From: Utricularia gibba
Lineage: Eukaryota; Plantae; Magnoliophyta
Reading direction: 5' to 3'
Length of the DNA stretch: 32,507 bases
Assembly: GCA_002189035.1 (NCBI GenBank)
Contig: NEEC01000217.1
Coordinates: 1-32,507 of the forward strand
Part shown: positions 1 to 15,000 of the stretch, piece by piece
How the letters are laid out: each line of letters begins with the position of its first letter
Position numbering within the stretch: the stretch's first letter is position 1
Made by a program: the position numbers and the translations under genes
The notes under the pieces: generated by a model
What the model was told of the DNA's origin: nothing
What the model saw: only the letters and a program-made list of their open reading frames with translations
Databases searched by the model: none

Positions 1-3000
1 TCCTTTGCCACATCGGGTCCTACTCGACGAAATCGTGTGCACTTATTGAAGTTAGGATGTCATCACCCAAAATGGTTTTCTCAACCGCATGCTTTATATC
101 TGAGGAGGCGCTCTCGTGGGCAACGGTATCGAGAAGGAGGTCGAGTCGAGCTCGGGCCCATAGTCATTTGTGCTCGGCAAAAAACTTGATGCATTTCTTA
201 ACGTTGGGTTTTAATTGGCTGCCTACATGGTTTCTCAAGGAAAAGCTTGTCGTTTTTGGCGGGTGATGTCGTTGTGAACTTCGTTCTGACCCAAGGTTCG
301 GTCTGACTCCTTTGCCACATCGGGTCCTACTCGACGAAAATCGTGATGCACTTATTGAAGTTAGGATGTCATGAGCACCCAAAATGGTTTTCTCAACCGC
401 ATGCTTTATATCTGAGGAGGCGCTCTCGTGGGAACGGTATCGAGTCGAGTCGAGCTCGGGCCCATAGTCATTTGTGCTCGGCAAAAAACTTGATGCATTT
501 CTTAACGTTGGTTTTAATTGGCTGCCTACATGGTTTCTCAAGGAAAAGCTTGTCGTTTTGGGCGGGTGATGTCGTTGTGAACTTCGTTCTGACCCAAGGT
601 TCCTGCCACATCGGGTCCTACTCGACGAAAATCGTGCTGCACTTATTGAAGTTAGGATGTCATGAGCACCCAAAATGGTTTTCTCAACCGCATGCTTTAT
701 ATCTGAGGAGGCGCTCTCGTGGGGCAACGGTATCGAGAAGGAGGTCGAGTCGAGCTCGGGCCCATAGTCATTTGTGGCTCGGCAAAAAACTTGATGCATT
801 TCTTAACGTTGGGTTTTAATTGGCTGCCTACATGGTTTCTCAAGGAAAAGCTTGTCGTTTTTGGGCGGGATGTCGTTGTGATTCGTTCTGACCCAAGGTT
901 CGGTCTGACTCCTTTGCCACATCGGTGACGAAAATCGTGATGCACTTATTGAAGTTAGGATGTCGCACCCAAAATGGTTTCTCAACCGCATGCTTATATT
1001 GAGGAGGCGCTCTCGTGGGCAACGGTATCTCGAGTCGAGCTCGGGCCCATAGTCATTTGTAGCTCGGCAAAAACTTGATGCATTTTTAACGTTGGGTTTT
1101 AATTGGCTGCCTACATGGTTTCTCAAAAGCTTGTCGTTTTTGGGCGGGTGATGTCGTTGTGAACTTCGTTCTGACCAAGGTACATCGGGTCCTACTCGAC
1201 GAAATCGTGATGCACTTATTGAAGTTAGGATGTCATAAGCACCCAAAATGGTTTTCTCAACCGCATGCTTTATATCTGAGGAGGCGCTCTCGTGGGGCAA
1301 CGGTATCGAGAAGGAGGTCGAGTCGAGCTCGGGCCCATAGTCATTTGTAGCTCGGCAAAAAACTTGATGCATTTCTTAACGTTGGGTTTTAATTGGCTGC
1401 CTACATGGTTTCTCAAGGAAAAGCTTGTCGTTTTGGGCGGGTGATGTCTTGTGAACTTCGTTCTGACCCAAGTTCGGTCTGACTCCTTTGCCACATCGGG
1501 TCCTACTCGACGAAAATCGTGATGCACTTATTGAAGTTAGGATGTCATAGCCCAAAATGGTTTTCTCAACCGCATGCTTTATATCTGAGGAGGCGCTCTC
1601 GTGGGGCAACGGTATCGAGAAGGAGGTCGAGTCGAGCTCGGGCCCATAGTCATTTGTGGCTCGGCAAAAAACTTGATGCATTTCTTAACGTTGGGTTTTA
1701 ATTGGCTGCCTACATGTTTTCTCAGGAAAAGCTTGTCGTTTTTGGGCGGGTGATGTCGTTGTGAACTTCGTTCTGACCCAAGGTTCGCCACATCGGGTCC
1801 TACTCGACGAAAATCGTGATGCACTTATTGAAGTTAGGATGTCATGAGCACCAAATGGTTTTCTCAACCGCATGCTTTATATCTGAGGAGGCGCTCTCGT
1901 GGGGCAACGGTATCGAGAAGGAGGTCGAGTCGAGCTCGGGCCCATAGTCATTTGTGGCTCGGCAAAAACTTGATGCATTTCTTAACGTTGGGTTTTAATT
2001 GGCTGCCTACATGGTTTCTCAAGGAAAGCTTGTCGTTTTTGGGCGGGTGATGTCGTTGTGAACTTCGTTCTGACCCAAGGTTCGTCTGACTCCTTTGCCA
2101 CATCGGGTCCTACTCGACGAAAATCGTGATGCACTTATTGAAGTTAGGATGTCATGAGCACCCAAAATGGTTTCTCAACCGCATGCTTTATATCTGAGGA
2201 GGCGCTCTCGTGGGCAACGGTATCGAGAAGGAGGTCGAGTCGAGCTCGGGCCATAGTCATTTGTAGCTCGGCAAAAAACTTGATGCATTTCTTAACGTTG
2301 GGTTTTAATTGGCTGCCTACATGGTTTCTCAAGGAAAAGCTTGTCGTTTTTGGGCGGTGATGTCGTTGTGAACTTCGTTCTGACCCAAGGTTCGCCACAT
2401 CGGGTCCTACTCGACGAAAATCGTGCTGCACTTATTGAAGTTAGGATGTCATGAGCACCCAATGGTTTTCTCAACCGCATGCTTTATATCTGAGGAGGCG
2501 CTCTCGTGGGCAACGGTATCGAGAAGGAGGTCGAGTCGAGCTCGGGCCATAGTCATTTGTGCTCGGCAAAAAATTGATGCATTTCTAACGTTGGTTTTAA
2601 TTGGCTGCCTACATGGTTTCTCAAGGAAAAGCTTGTCGTTTTTGGGCGGGTGATGTCGTTGTGAACTTCGTTCTGACCCAAGGTTGACTCCTTTGCCACA
2701 TCGGGTCCTACTCGACGAAATCGTGCTGCACTTATTGAAGTTAGGATGTCATGAGCACCAAAATGGTTTTCTCAACCGCATGCTTTATATTTGAGGAGGC
2801 GCTCTCGTGGGCAACGGTATCGAGAGGAGGTCGAGTCGAGCTCGGGCCATAGTCATTTGTGCTCGGCAAAAAACTTGATGCATTTCTTAACGTTGGGTTT
2901 TAATTGGCTGCCTACATGGTTTCTCAAGGAAAAGCTTGTCGTTTTTGGGCGGGTGATGTCGTTGTGAACTTCGTTCTGACCCAAGGTTCGGTCTGACTCC

Positions 3001-6000
3001 TTTGCCACATCGGGTCCTACTCGACGAAAATCGTGATGCACTTATTGAAGTTAGGATGTCATAAGCACCCAAAATGGTTTTCTCAACCGCATGCTTTATA
3101 TCTGAGGAGGCGCTCTCGTGGGCAACGGTATCGAGAAGGAGGTCGAGTCGAGCTCGGGCCCATAGTCATTTGTGCTCGGCAAAAAACTTGATGCATTTCT
3201 TAACGTTGGTTTTTAATTGGCTGCCTACATGGTTTCTCAAGGAAAAGCTTGTCGTTTTTGGGCGGTGATGTCGTTGTGAACTTCGTTCTGACCCAAGGTT
3301 CGGTCTGACTCCTTTGCCACATCGGGTCCTACTCGACGAAAATCGTGATGCACTTATTGAAGTTAGGATGTCATGAGCACCCAAAATGGTTTTCTCAACC
3401 GCATGCTTTATATCTGAGGAGGCGCTCTCGTGGGGCAACGGTATCGAGAAGGAGGTCGAGTCGAGCTCGGGCCATAGTCATTTGTGCTCGGCAAAAAACT
3501 TGATGCATTTCTTAACGTTGGGTTTTAATTGGCTGCCTACATGGTTTCTCAAGGAAAAGCTTGTCGTTTTGGGCGGTGATGTCGTTGTGAACTTCGTTCT
3601 GACCCAAGGTTCGGTCTGACTCCTTTGCCACATCGGGTCCTACTCGACGAAAATCGTGCTGCACTTATTGAAGTTAGGATGTCATGAGCACCCAAAATGG
3701 TTTTCTCAACCGCATGCTTTATATTGAGGAGGCGCTCTCGTGGGGCAACGGTATCGAGAGGAGGTCGAGTCGAGCTCGGGCCCATAGTCATTTGTGGCTC
3801 GGCAAAAAACTTGATGCATTTCTTAACGTTGGGTTTTAATTGGCTGCCTACATGGTTTCTCAAGGAAAAGCTTGTCGTTTTTGGGCGGGTGATGTCGTTG
3901 TGAACTTCGTTCTGACCCAAGGTTCCTTTCCACATCGGGTCCTACTCGACGAAATCGTGCTGCACTTATTGAAGTTAGGATGTCATGAGCACCCAAAATG
4001 GTTTTCTCAACCGCATGCTTTATATCTGAGGAGGCGCTCTCGTGGGGCAACGGTATCGAGAAGGAGGTCGAGTCGAGCTCGGGCCCATAGTCATTTGTGC
4101 TCGGCAAAAAACTTGATGCATTTCTTAACGTTGGGTTTTAATTGGCTGCCTACATGGTTTCTCAAGGAAAAGCTTGTCGTTTTTGGGCGGTGATGTCGTT
4201 GTGAACTTCGTTCTGACCCAAGGTTCGGTCTGACTCCTTTGCCACATCGGGTCCTACTCGACGAAAATCGTGATGCACTTATTGAAGTTAGGTCATGAGC
4301 ACCCAAAATGGTTTTCTCAACCGCATGCTTTATATCTGAGGAGGCGCTCTCGTGGGGCAACGGTATCGAGAAGGAGGTCGAGTCGAGCTCGGGCCATAGT
4401 CATTTGTGCTCGGCAAAAAACTTGATGCATTTCTTAACGTTGGTTTTAATTGGCTGCCTACATGGTTTCTCAAGGAAAAGCTTGTCGTTTTTGGGCGGGT
4501 GATGTCGTTGTGAACTTCGTTCTGACCCAAGGTTCCTTTGCCACATCGGGTCCTACTCGACGAAAATCGTGCTGCACTTATTGAAGTTAGGATGTCATGA
4601 GCACCCAAAATGGTTTTCTCAACCGCATGCTTTATATTGAGGAGGCGCTCTCGTGGGGCAACGGTATCGAGAAGGAGGTCGAGTCGAGCTCGGGCCCATA
4701 GTCATTTGTGGCTCGGCAAAAAACTTGATGCATTTCTTAACGTTGGGTTTTAATTGGCTGCCTACATGGTTTCTCAAGGAAAAGCTTGTCGTTTTTGGGC
4801 GGTGATGTCGTTGTGAACTTCGTTCTGACCCAAGGTTCGGTCTGACTCCTTTGCCACATCGGGTCTACTCGACGAAAATCGTGATGCACTTATTGAAGTT
4901 AGGATGTCATAAGCACCCAAAATGGTTTTCTCAACCGCATGCTTTATCTGAGGAGGCGCTCTCGTGGGGCAACGGTATCGAGAAGGTCGATCGAGCTCGG
5001 GCCCATAGTCATTTGTGCTCGGCAAAAAACTTGATGCATTTCTTAACGTTGGGTTTTAATTGGCTGCTACATGGTTTCTCAAGGAAAAGCTGTCGTTTTT
5101 GGGCGGTGATGTCGTTGTGAACTTCGTTCTGACCCAAGGTTCACATCGGGTCCTACTCGACGAAAATCGTGCTGCACTTATTGAAGTTAGGATGTCATGA
5201 GCACCCAAAATGGTTTTCTCAACCGCATGCTTTATATCTGAGGAGGCGCTCTCGTGGGCAACGGTATCGAGAAGGAGGTCGAGTCGAGCTCGGGCCCATA
5301 GTCATTTGTGCTCGGCAAAAAACTTGATGCATTTCTTAACGTTGGGTTTTAATTGGCTGCCTACATGGTTTCTCAAGGAAAAGCTTGTCGTTTTTGGGCG
5401 GGTGATGTCGTTGTGAACTTCGTTCTGACCCAAGGTTCGGTCTGACTCCTTTGCCACATCGGGTCCTACTCGACGAAAATCGTGCTGCACTTATTGAAGT
5501 TAGGATGTCATGAGCACCCAAAATGGTTTTCTCAACCGCATGCTTTATATCTGAGGAGGCGCTCTCGTGGGGCAACGGTATCGAGAAGGAGGTCGAGTCG
5601 AGCTCGGGCCCATAGTCATTTGTGGCTCGGCAAAAAACTTGATGCATTTCTTAACGTTGGGTTTTAATTGGCTGCCTACATGGTTTCTCAAGGAAAAGCT
5701 TGTCGTTTTTGGGCGGGTGATGTCGTTGTGAACTTCGTTCTGACCCAAGGTTCGGTCTGACTCCTTTGCCACATCGGGTCCTACTCGACGAAAATCGTGA
5801 TGCACTTATTGAAGTTAGGATGTCATGGCACCCAAAATGGTTTTCTCAACCGCATGCTTTATATCTGAGGAGGCGCTCTCGTGGGGCAACGGTATCGAGA
5901 GGAGGTCGAGTCGAGCTCGGGCCCATAGTCATTTGTGCTCGGCAAAAAACTTGATGCATTTCTTAACGTTGGTTTTAATTGGCTGCCTACATGGTTTCTC

Positions 6001-9000
6001 AAGGAAAAGCTTGTCGTTTTTGGGCGGGTGATGTCGTTCTTCGTTCTGACCCAAGGTTCGGTCTGACTCCTTTGCCACATCGGGTCCTACTCGACGAAAA
6101 TCGTGATGCACTTATTGAAGTTAGGATGTCATAAGCACCCAAAATGGTTTTCTCGCATGCTTTATATCTGAGGAGGCGCTCTCGTGGGGCAACGGTATCG
6201 AGAAGGAGGTCGAGTCGAGCTCGGCCCATAGTCATTTGTGCTCGGCAAAAAACTTGATGCATTTCTTAACGTTGGGTTTTAATTGGCTGCCTACATGGTT
6301 TCTCAAGGAAAAGCTTGTCGTTTTTGGGCGGTGATGTCGTTGTGAACTTCGTTCTGACCCAAGGTTCGGTCTGACTCCTTTGCCACATCGGTCCTACTCG
6401 ACGAAAATCGTGATGCACTTATTGAAGTTAGGATGTCAGCACCCAAAATGGTTTTCTCAACCGCATGCTTTATATCTGAGGAGGCGCTCTCGTGGGGCAA
6501 CGGTATCGAGAAGGAGGTCGAGTCGAGCTCGGGCCCATAGTCATTTGTGGCTCGGCAAAAAACTTGATGCATTTCTTAACGTTGGGTTTTAATTGGCTGC
6601 CTACATGGTTTCTCAAGGAAAAGCTTGTCGTTTTTGGGCGGGTGATGTCGTTGTGAACTTCGTTCTGACCCAAGGTTCCTTTGCCACATCGGGTCCTACT
6701 CGACGAAAATCGTGCTGCACTTATTGAAGTTAGGATGTCATGAGCACCCAAAATGGTTTTCTCAACCGCATGCTTTATATCTGAGGAGGCGCTCTCGTGG
6801 GCAACGGTATCGAGAAGGAGGTCGAGTCGAGCTCGGGCCCATAGTCATTTGTAGCTCGGCAAAAAACTTGATGCATTTCTTAACGTTGGGTTTTAATTGG
6901 CTGCCTACATGGTTTCAAGGAAAAGCTTGTCGTTTTTGGGCGGGTGATGTCGTTGTGAACTTCGTTCTGACCCAAGGTTCGGTCTGACTCCTTTGCCACA
7001 TCGGGTCCTACTCGACGAAAATCGTGATGCACTTATTGAAGTTAGGATGTCATAGCACCCAAATGGTTTCTCAACCGCATGCTTTATATCTGAGGAGGCG
7101 CTCTCGTGGGGCAACGGTATCGAGAAGGAGGTCGAGTCGAGCTCGGGCCCATAGTCATTTGTGGCTCGGCAAAAAACTTGATGCATTTCTTAACGTTGGG
7201 TTTTAATTGGCTGCCTACATGGTTTCTCAAGGAAAAGCTTGTCGTTTTTGGGCGGTGATGTCGTTGTGAACTTCGTTCTGACCCAAGGTTCGGTCTGACT
7301 CCTTTGCCACATCGGGTCCTACTCGACGAAATCGTGCTGCACTTATTGAAGTTAGGATGTCATGAGCACCCAAAATGGTTTTCTCAACCGCATGCTTTAG
7401 AGAGGCGCTCTCGTGGGGCAACGGTATTCGAGTCGAGCTCGGGCCCATAGTCATTTGTCGGCAAAAAACTTGATGCATTTCTTAACGTTGGGTTTTAATT
7501 GGCTGCCTACATGGTTTCTCAAGGAAAAGCTTGTCGTTTTGGGCGGGTGATGTCGTTGTGATTCGTTCTGACTCCTTGCCACATCGGACTCGACGAAAAT
7601 CGTGCTGCACTTATTGAAGTTAGGATGTCATGAGCACCCAAATGGTTTTCTCAACCGCATGCTTATATCTGAGGAGGCGCTCTCGTGGGGCAACGGTATC
7701 GAGAGGAGGTCGAGTCGAGCTCGGGCCCATAGTCATTTGTGGCTCGCAAAAACTTGATGCATTCTTAACGTTGGGTTTTAATTGGCTGCCTAATGGTTTC
7801 TCAAGGAAAAGCTTGTCGTTTTGGGCGGTGATGTCGTTGTGAACTTCGTTCTGACCCAAGGTTCGGTCTGACTTTTGCCACATCGGGTCCTACTCGACGA
7901 AAATCGTGATGCACTTATTGAAGTTAGGATGTCATGAGCACCCAAAATGGTTTTCTCAACCGCATGCTTTATATTGATCTCTCGTGGGGCAACGGTATCG
8001 AGAAGGAGGTCGAGTCGAGCTCGGGCCCATAGTCATTTGTAGCTCGGCAAAAAACTTGATGCATTTCTTAACTTGGGTTTTTGGCTGCCTACATGGTTTC
8101 TCAAGGAAAAGCTTGTCGTTTTTGGGCGGTGATGTCGTTGAACTTCGTTCTGACCCAAGGTTCGGGGTCTACTCGACGAAAATCGTTTATTGAAGTTAGG
8201 ATGTCATGAGCACCCAAATTTTTCTCAACCGCATGCTTTATATCCGCTCTCGTGGGGCAACGGTATCGAGAAGGAGGTCGAGTCGAGCTCGGGCCCATAG
8301 TCATTTGTGGCTCGGCAAAAAACTTGATGCATTTCTTAACGTTGGGTTTTAATTGGCTGCCTACATGGTTTTCAAGGAAAAGCTTGTCGTTTTTGGGCGG
8401 GTGATGTCGTTGTGAACTTCGTTCTGACCAAGGTTCGGTCTGACTCCTTTGCCACATCGGTCCTACTCGACGAAAATCGTGCTGCACTTATTGAAGTTAG
8501 GATGTCATGAGCACCAAAATGGTTTTCTCAACCGCATGCTTTATATCTGAGGAGGCGCTCTCGTGGGGCAACGGTATCGAGAAGGAGGTCGAGTCGAGCT
8601 CGGGCCCATAGTCATTTGTGGCTCGGCAAAAAATTGATGCATTTCTTAACGTTGGGTTTTAATTGGCTGCCTACATGGTTTCTCAAGGAAAAGCTTGTCG
8701 TTTTTGGGCGGTGATGTCGTTGTGAACTTCGTTCTGACCCAACATCGGGTCCTACTCGACGAAAATCGTGCTGCACTTATTGAAGTTAGGATGTCATGAC
8801 ACCCAAAATGGTTTTCTCAACCGCATGCTTTATATTGAGGAGGCGCTCTCGTGGGGCAACGGTATCGAGAAGGAGGTCGAGTCGAGCTCGGGCCCATAGT
8901 CATTTGTGGCTCGGCAAAAAACTTGATGCATTTCTTAACGTTGGGTTTTAATTGGCTGCCTACATGGTTTCTCAAGGAAAAGCTTGTCGTTTTTGGGCGG

Positions 9001-12000
9001 GTGATGTCGTTGTGAACTTCGTTCTGACCCAAGGTTCGTCTGACTCCTTTGCCACATCGGTCCTACTCGACGAAAATCGTGCTGCACTTATTGAAGTTAG
9101 GATGTCATGAGCACCAAAATGGTTTTCTCAACCGCATGCTTTAGAGGAGGCGCTCTCGTGGGCAACGGTATCGATCGAGTCGAGCTCGGATAGTCATTTG
9201 TGCTCGGCAAAAAACTTGATGCATTTCTTAACGTTGGGTTTTAATTGGCTGCCTACATGGTTTTCAAGGAAAAGCTTGTCGTTTTTGGGCGGGTGATGTC
9301 GTTGTGAACGTTCTGACCCAAGGTTCTGACTCTTTGCCACATCGGGTCCTACTCGACGAAAATCGTGATGCACTTATTGAAGTTAGGATGTCAAGCACCC
9401 AAAATGGTTTTCTCAACCGCATGCTTTATATGAGGAGGCGCTCTCGTGGGGCAACGGTATCGAGAAGGAGGTCGAGTCGAGCTCGGGCCCATAGTCATTT
9501 GTGCTCGGCAAAACTTGATGCATTTCTTAACGTTGGGTTTTAATTGGCTGCCTACATGGTTTCTCAAGGAAAAGCTTGTCGTTTTTGGGCGGGTGATGTC
9601 TTGTGAACTTCGTTCTGACCCAAGGTTCTTTGCCACATCGGTCCTACTCGACGAAAATCGTGATGCACTTATTGAAGTTAGGATGTCATGAGCACCAAAA
9701 TGGTTTTCTCAACCGCATGCTTTATATTGAGGAGGCGCTTCGTGGGGCAACGGTATCGAGAAGGAGGTCGAGTCGAGCTCGGCCCATAGTCATTTGTAGC
9801 TCGGCAAAAAACTTGATGCATTTCTTAACGTTGGGTTTTAATTGGCTGCCTACATGGTTTCTCAAGGAAAGCTTGTCGTTTTTGGGCGGTGATGTCGTTG
9901 TGAACTTCGTTCTGACCCCGGTCTGACTCCTTTGCCACATCGGGTCCTACTCGACGAAACGTGCTGCACTTATTGAAGTTAGGATGTCATGAGCACCCAA
10001 AATGGTTTTCTCACCGCATGCTTTATCTGAGGAGGCGCTCTCGTGGGGCAACGGTATCGAGAAGGAGGTCGAGTCGAGCTCGGGCCCATAGTCATTTGTG
10101 GCTCGGCAAAAAACTTGATGCATTTCTTAACGTTGGGTTTTAATTGGCTGCCATGGTTTCTCAAGGAAAAGCTTGTCGTTTTTGGGCGGGTGATGTCGTT
10201 GTGAACTTCGTTCTGACCCAAGGTTCGGTCTGACTCCTTTGCCACATCGGGTCCTACTCGACGAAAATCGTGATGCACTTATTGAAGTTAGGATGTCATA
10301 AGCACCCAAAATGGTTTTCTCAACCGCATGCTTTATATCGAGGAGCTCTCGTGGGGCAACGGTATCGAGTCGAGTCGAGCTCGGGCCATAGTCATTTGTG
10401 GCTCGGCAAAAAACTTGATGCATTTCTTAACGTTGGGTTTTAATTGGCTGCCTACATGGTTTCTCAAGGAAAAGCTTGTCGTTTTTGGCGGGTGATGTCG
10501 TTGTGAACTTCGTTCTGACCCAAGGTTCTGACTCCTTTGCCACATCGGGTCCTACTCGACGAAAATCGTGATGCACTTATTGAAGTTAGGATGTCATAAG
10601 CACCCAAAATGGTTTTCTCAACCGCATGCTTTATATTGAGGAGGCGCTCTCGTGGGGCAACGGTATCGAGAAGGAGGTCGAGTCGAGCTCGGGCCCATAG
10701 TCATTTGTAGCTCGGCAAAAACTTGATGCATTTCTTAACGTTGGGTTTTAATTGCTGCCTACATGGTTTCTCAAGGAAAAGCTTGTCGTTTTTGGGCGGT
10801 GATGTCGTTGTGAACTTCGTTCTGACCCAAGGTTCGCCACATCGGGTCCTACTCGACGAAAATCGTGCTGCACTTATTGAAGTTAGGATGTCATGAGCAC
10901 CCAAAATGGTTTTCTCAACCGCATGCTTTATATCTGATAGGCGCTCTCGTGGGGCAACGGTATCGAGAAGGAGGTCGAGTCGAGCTCGGGCCCATAGTCA
11001 TTTGTGCTCGGCAAAAAACTTGATGCATTTCTTAACGTTGGGTTTTAATTGGCTGCCTACATGGTTTCTCAAGGAAAAGCTTGTCGTTTTTGGGCGGGTG
11101 ATGTCGTTGTGAACTTCGTTCTGACCCAAGGTTCACATCGGTCCTACTCGACGAAAATCGTGCTGCACTTATTGAAGTTAGGATGTCATGAGCACCCAAA
11201 ATGGTTTTCTCAACCGCATGCTTTATATCTGAGGAGGCGCTCTCGTGGGCAACGGTATCGAGAAGGAGGTCGAGTCGAGCTCGGGCCCATAGTCATTTGT
11301 GGCTCGGCAAAAAACTTGATGCATTTCTTAACGTTGGGTTTTAATTGGCTGCCTACATGGTTTCTCAAGGAAAAGCTTGTCGTTTTTGGGCGGTGATGTC
11401 GTTGTGAACTTCGTTCTGACCAAGGTTCGGTCTGACTCCTTTCCACATCGGGTCCTACTCGACGAAAATCGTGATGCACTTATTGAAGTTAGGATGTCAT
11501 AGCACCCAAAATGGTTTTCTCAACCGCATGCTTTATATCTGAGGAGGCGCTCTCGTGGGCAACGGTATCGAGAAGGAGGTCGAGTCGAGCTCGGCCCATA
11601 GTCATTTGTGCTCGGCAAAAAACTTGATGCATTTTTAACGTTGGGTTTTAATTGGCTGCCTACATGGTTTCTCAAGGAAAAGCTTGTCGTTTTGGGCGGT
11701 GATGTCGTTGTGAACTTCGTTCTGACCAAGGTTCCTGCCACATCGGGTCCTACTCGACGAAAATCGTGCTGCACTTATTGAAGTTAGGATGTCATGAGCA
11801 CCCAAAATGGTTTTCTCAACCGCATGCTTTATATTGAGGAGGCGCTCTCGTGGGGCAACGGTATCGAGAAGGAGGTCGAGTCGAGCTCGATAGTCATTTG
11901 TGGCTCGGCAAAAAACTTGATGCATTTCTTAACGTTGGGTTTTAATTGGCTGCTACATGGTTTCTCAAGGAAAAGCTTGTCGTTTTTGGGCGGGTGATGT

Positions 12001-15000
12001 CGTTGTGAACTTCGTTCTGACCCAAGGTTCCTTTTGCCACATCGGGTCCTACTCGACGAAAATCGTGCTGCACTTATTGAAGTTAGGATGTCATGCACCC
12101 AAAATGGTTTTCTCAACCGCATGCTTTATATTGACGCTCTCGTGGGGCAACGGTATCGAGAAGGAGGTCGAGTCGAGCTCGGGCCCATAGTCATTTGTGG
12201 CTCGGCAAAAAACTTGATGCATTTCTTAACGTTGGGTTTTAATTGGCTGCCTACATGGTTTCTCAAGGAAAAGCTTGTCGTTTTTGGGCGGGTGATGTCG
12301 TTGTGAACTTCGTTCTGACCCAAGGTTCGGTCTGAATCGGGTCCTACTCGACGAAAATCGTGATGCACTTATTGAAGTTAGGATGTCATAAGCACCCAAA
12401 ATGGTTTTCTCAACGCATGCTTTATATCTGAGGAGGCGCTCTCGTGGGGCAACGGTATCGAGAAGGAGGTCGAGTCGAGCTCGGGCCCATAGTCATTTGT
12501 AGCTCGGCAAAAAACTTGATGCATTTTTAACGTTGGGTTTTAATTGGCTGCCTACATGGTTTCTCAAGGAAAAGCTTGTCGTTTTGGGCGGGTGATGTCG
12601 TTGTGAACTTCGTTCTGACCCAAGATCGGGTCCTACTCGACGAAAATCGTGATGCACTTATTGAAGTTAGGATGTCATGAGCACCCAAAATGGTTTTCTC
12701 AACCGCATGCTTTATATTGAGGAGGCGCTAACGGTATCGAGTCGAGTCGAGCTCGGCCCATAGTCATTTGTGGCTCGGCAAAAAACTTGATGCATTTCTT
12801 AACGTTGGGTTTTAATTGGCTGCCTACATGGTTTCTCAAGGAAAAGCTTGTCGTTTTTGGGCGGTGATGTCGTTGTGAACTTCGTTCTGACCCAAGGTTC
12901 GGTCTGACTCCTTTGCCACATCGGGTCCTACTCGACGAAATCGTGATGCACTTATTGAAGTTAGGATGTCATGAGCACCCAAAATGGTTTTCTCAACCGC
13001 ATGCTTTATATTGAGGAGGCGCTCTCGTGGGGCAACGGTATCGAAAGGAGGTCGAGTCGAGCTCGGGCCCATAGTCATTTGTGCTCGGCAAAAAACTTGA
13101 TGCATTTCTTAACGTTGGTTTTAATTGGCTGCCTACATGGTTTCTCAAGGAAAAGCTTGTCGTTTTTGGGCGGTGATGTCGTTGTGAACTTCGTTCTGAC
13201 CCAAGGTTCGCCACATCGGGTCCTACTCGACGAAAATCGTGATGCACTTATTGAAGTTAGGATGTCATGAGCACCCAAAATGGTTTTCTCAACCGCATGC
13301 TGAGGAGGCGCTCAACGGTATCGAGTCGAGTCGAATAGTCATTTGTGGCTCGGCAAAAAACTTGATGCATTTCTTAACGTTGGGTTTTAATTGGCTGCCT
13401 ACATGGTTTCTCAAGGAAAAGCTTGTCGTTTTTGGGCGGTGATGTCGTTGTGAACTTCGTTCTGACCCAAGGTTCGGTCTGACTCCTTTGCCACATCGGG
13501 TCCTACTCGACGAAAATCGTGTGCACTTATTGAAGTTAGGATGTCATGAGCACCCAAAATGGTTTTCTCAACCGCATGCTTTATATTGAGGAGGCTCTCT
13601 CGTGGGCAACGGTATCGAGAAGGAGGTCGAGTCGAGCTCGGCCCATAGTCATTTGTGCTCGGCAAAAAACTTGATGCATTTCTTAACGTTGGGTTTTAAT
13701 TGGCTGCCTACATGGTTTCTCAAGGAAAAGCTTGTCGTTTTTGGCGGTGATGTCGTTGTGAACTTCGTTCTGACCCAAGGTTCTTTGCCACATCGGGTCC
13801 TACTCGACGAAAATCGTGCTGCACTTATTGAAGTTAGGATGTCATGAGCACCCAAAATGGTTTTCTCAACCGCATGCTTTATATCTGAGGAGGCGCTCTC
13901 GTGGGGCAACGGTATCGAGACGAGTCGAGCTCGGGCCATAGTCATTTGTGGCTCGGCAAAAAACTTGATGCATTTCTTAACGTTGGTTTTAATTGGCTGC
14001 CTACATGGTTTCTCAAGGAAAAGCTTGTCGTTTTTGGGCGGTGATGTCGTTGTGAACTTCGTTCTGACCCAAGGTTCGGTCTGACTGCCACATCGGTCCT
14101 ACTCGACGAAAATCGTGATGCACTTATTGAAGTTAGGATGTCATGAGCACCCAAAATGGTTTTCTCAACCGCATGCTTTATATTGAGGAGGCGCTCTCGT
14201 GGGGCAACGGTATCGAGAAGGAGGTCGAGTCGAGCTCGGGCCCATAGTCATTTGTGGCTCGGCAAAAAACTTGATGCATTTCTTAACGTTGGGTTTTAAT
14301 TGGCTGCCTACATGGTTTCTCAAGGAAAAGCTTGTCGTTTTTGGGCGGTGATGTCGTTGTGAACTTCGTTCTGACCCAAGGTTCGGTCTGAATCGGGTCC
14401 TACTCGACGAAAATCGTGCTGCACTTATTGAAGTTAGGATGTCATGAGCACCCAAAATGGTTTTCTCAACCGCATGCTTTATATCTGAGGAGGCGCTCTC
14501 GTGGGGCAACGGTATCGAGAAGGAGGTCGAGTCGAGCTCGGCCCATAGTCATTTGTAGCTCGGCAAAAAACTTGATGCATTTCTTAACGTTGGGTTTTAA
14601 TTGGCTGCCTACATGGTTTCTCAAGGAAAAGCTTGTCGTTTTTGGGCGGGTGATGTCGTTGTGAACTTCGTTCTGACCCAAGCCTTTGCCACATCGGGTC
14701 CTACTCGACGAAATCGTGCTGCACTTATTGAAGTTAGGATGTCATGAGCACCCAAAATGGTTTTCTCAACCGCATGCTTTATATCTGAGGAGGCGCTCTC
14801 GTGGGGCAACGGTATCGAGAAGGAGTCGAGTCGAGCTCGGGCCCATAGTCATTTGTGCTCGGCAAAAAACTTGATGCATTTCTTAACGTTGAATTGGCTG
14901 CCTACATGGTTTCTCAAGGAAAAGCTTGTCGTTTTTGGGCGGTGATGTCGTTGTGAACTTCGTTCTGACCCAAGGTTCGGTCTGACTCCTTTGCCACATC

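Noticed and set aside
634-14720. Multi-unit higher-order periodicity (lag 15 or 16 in S1/S2 alleles)
   Set aside because: Matches at these lags (8 vs about 4 expected, and 9 vs about 7) are not convincing once many lags are considered. A formal autocorrelation is needed.
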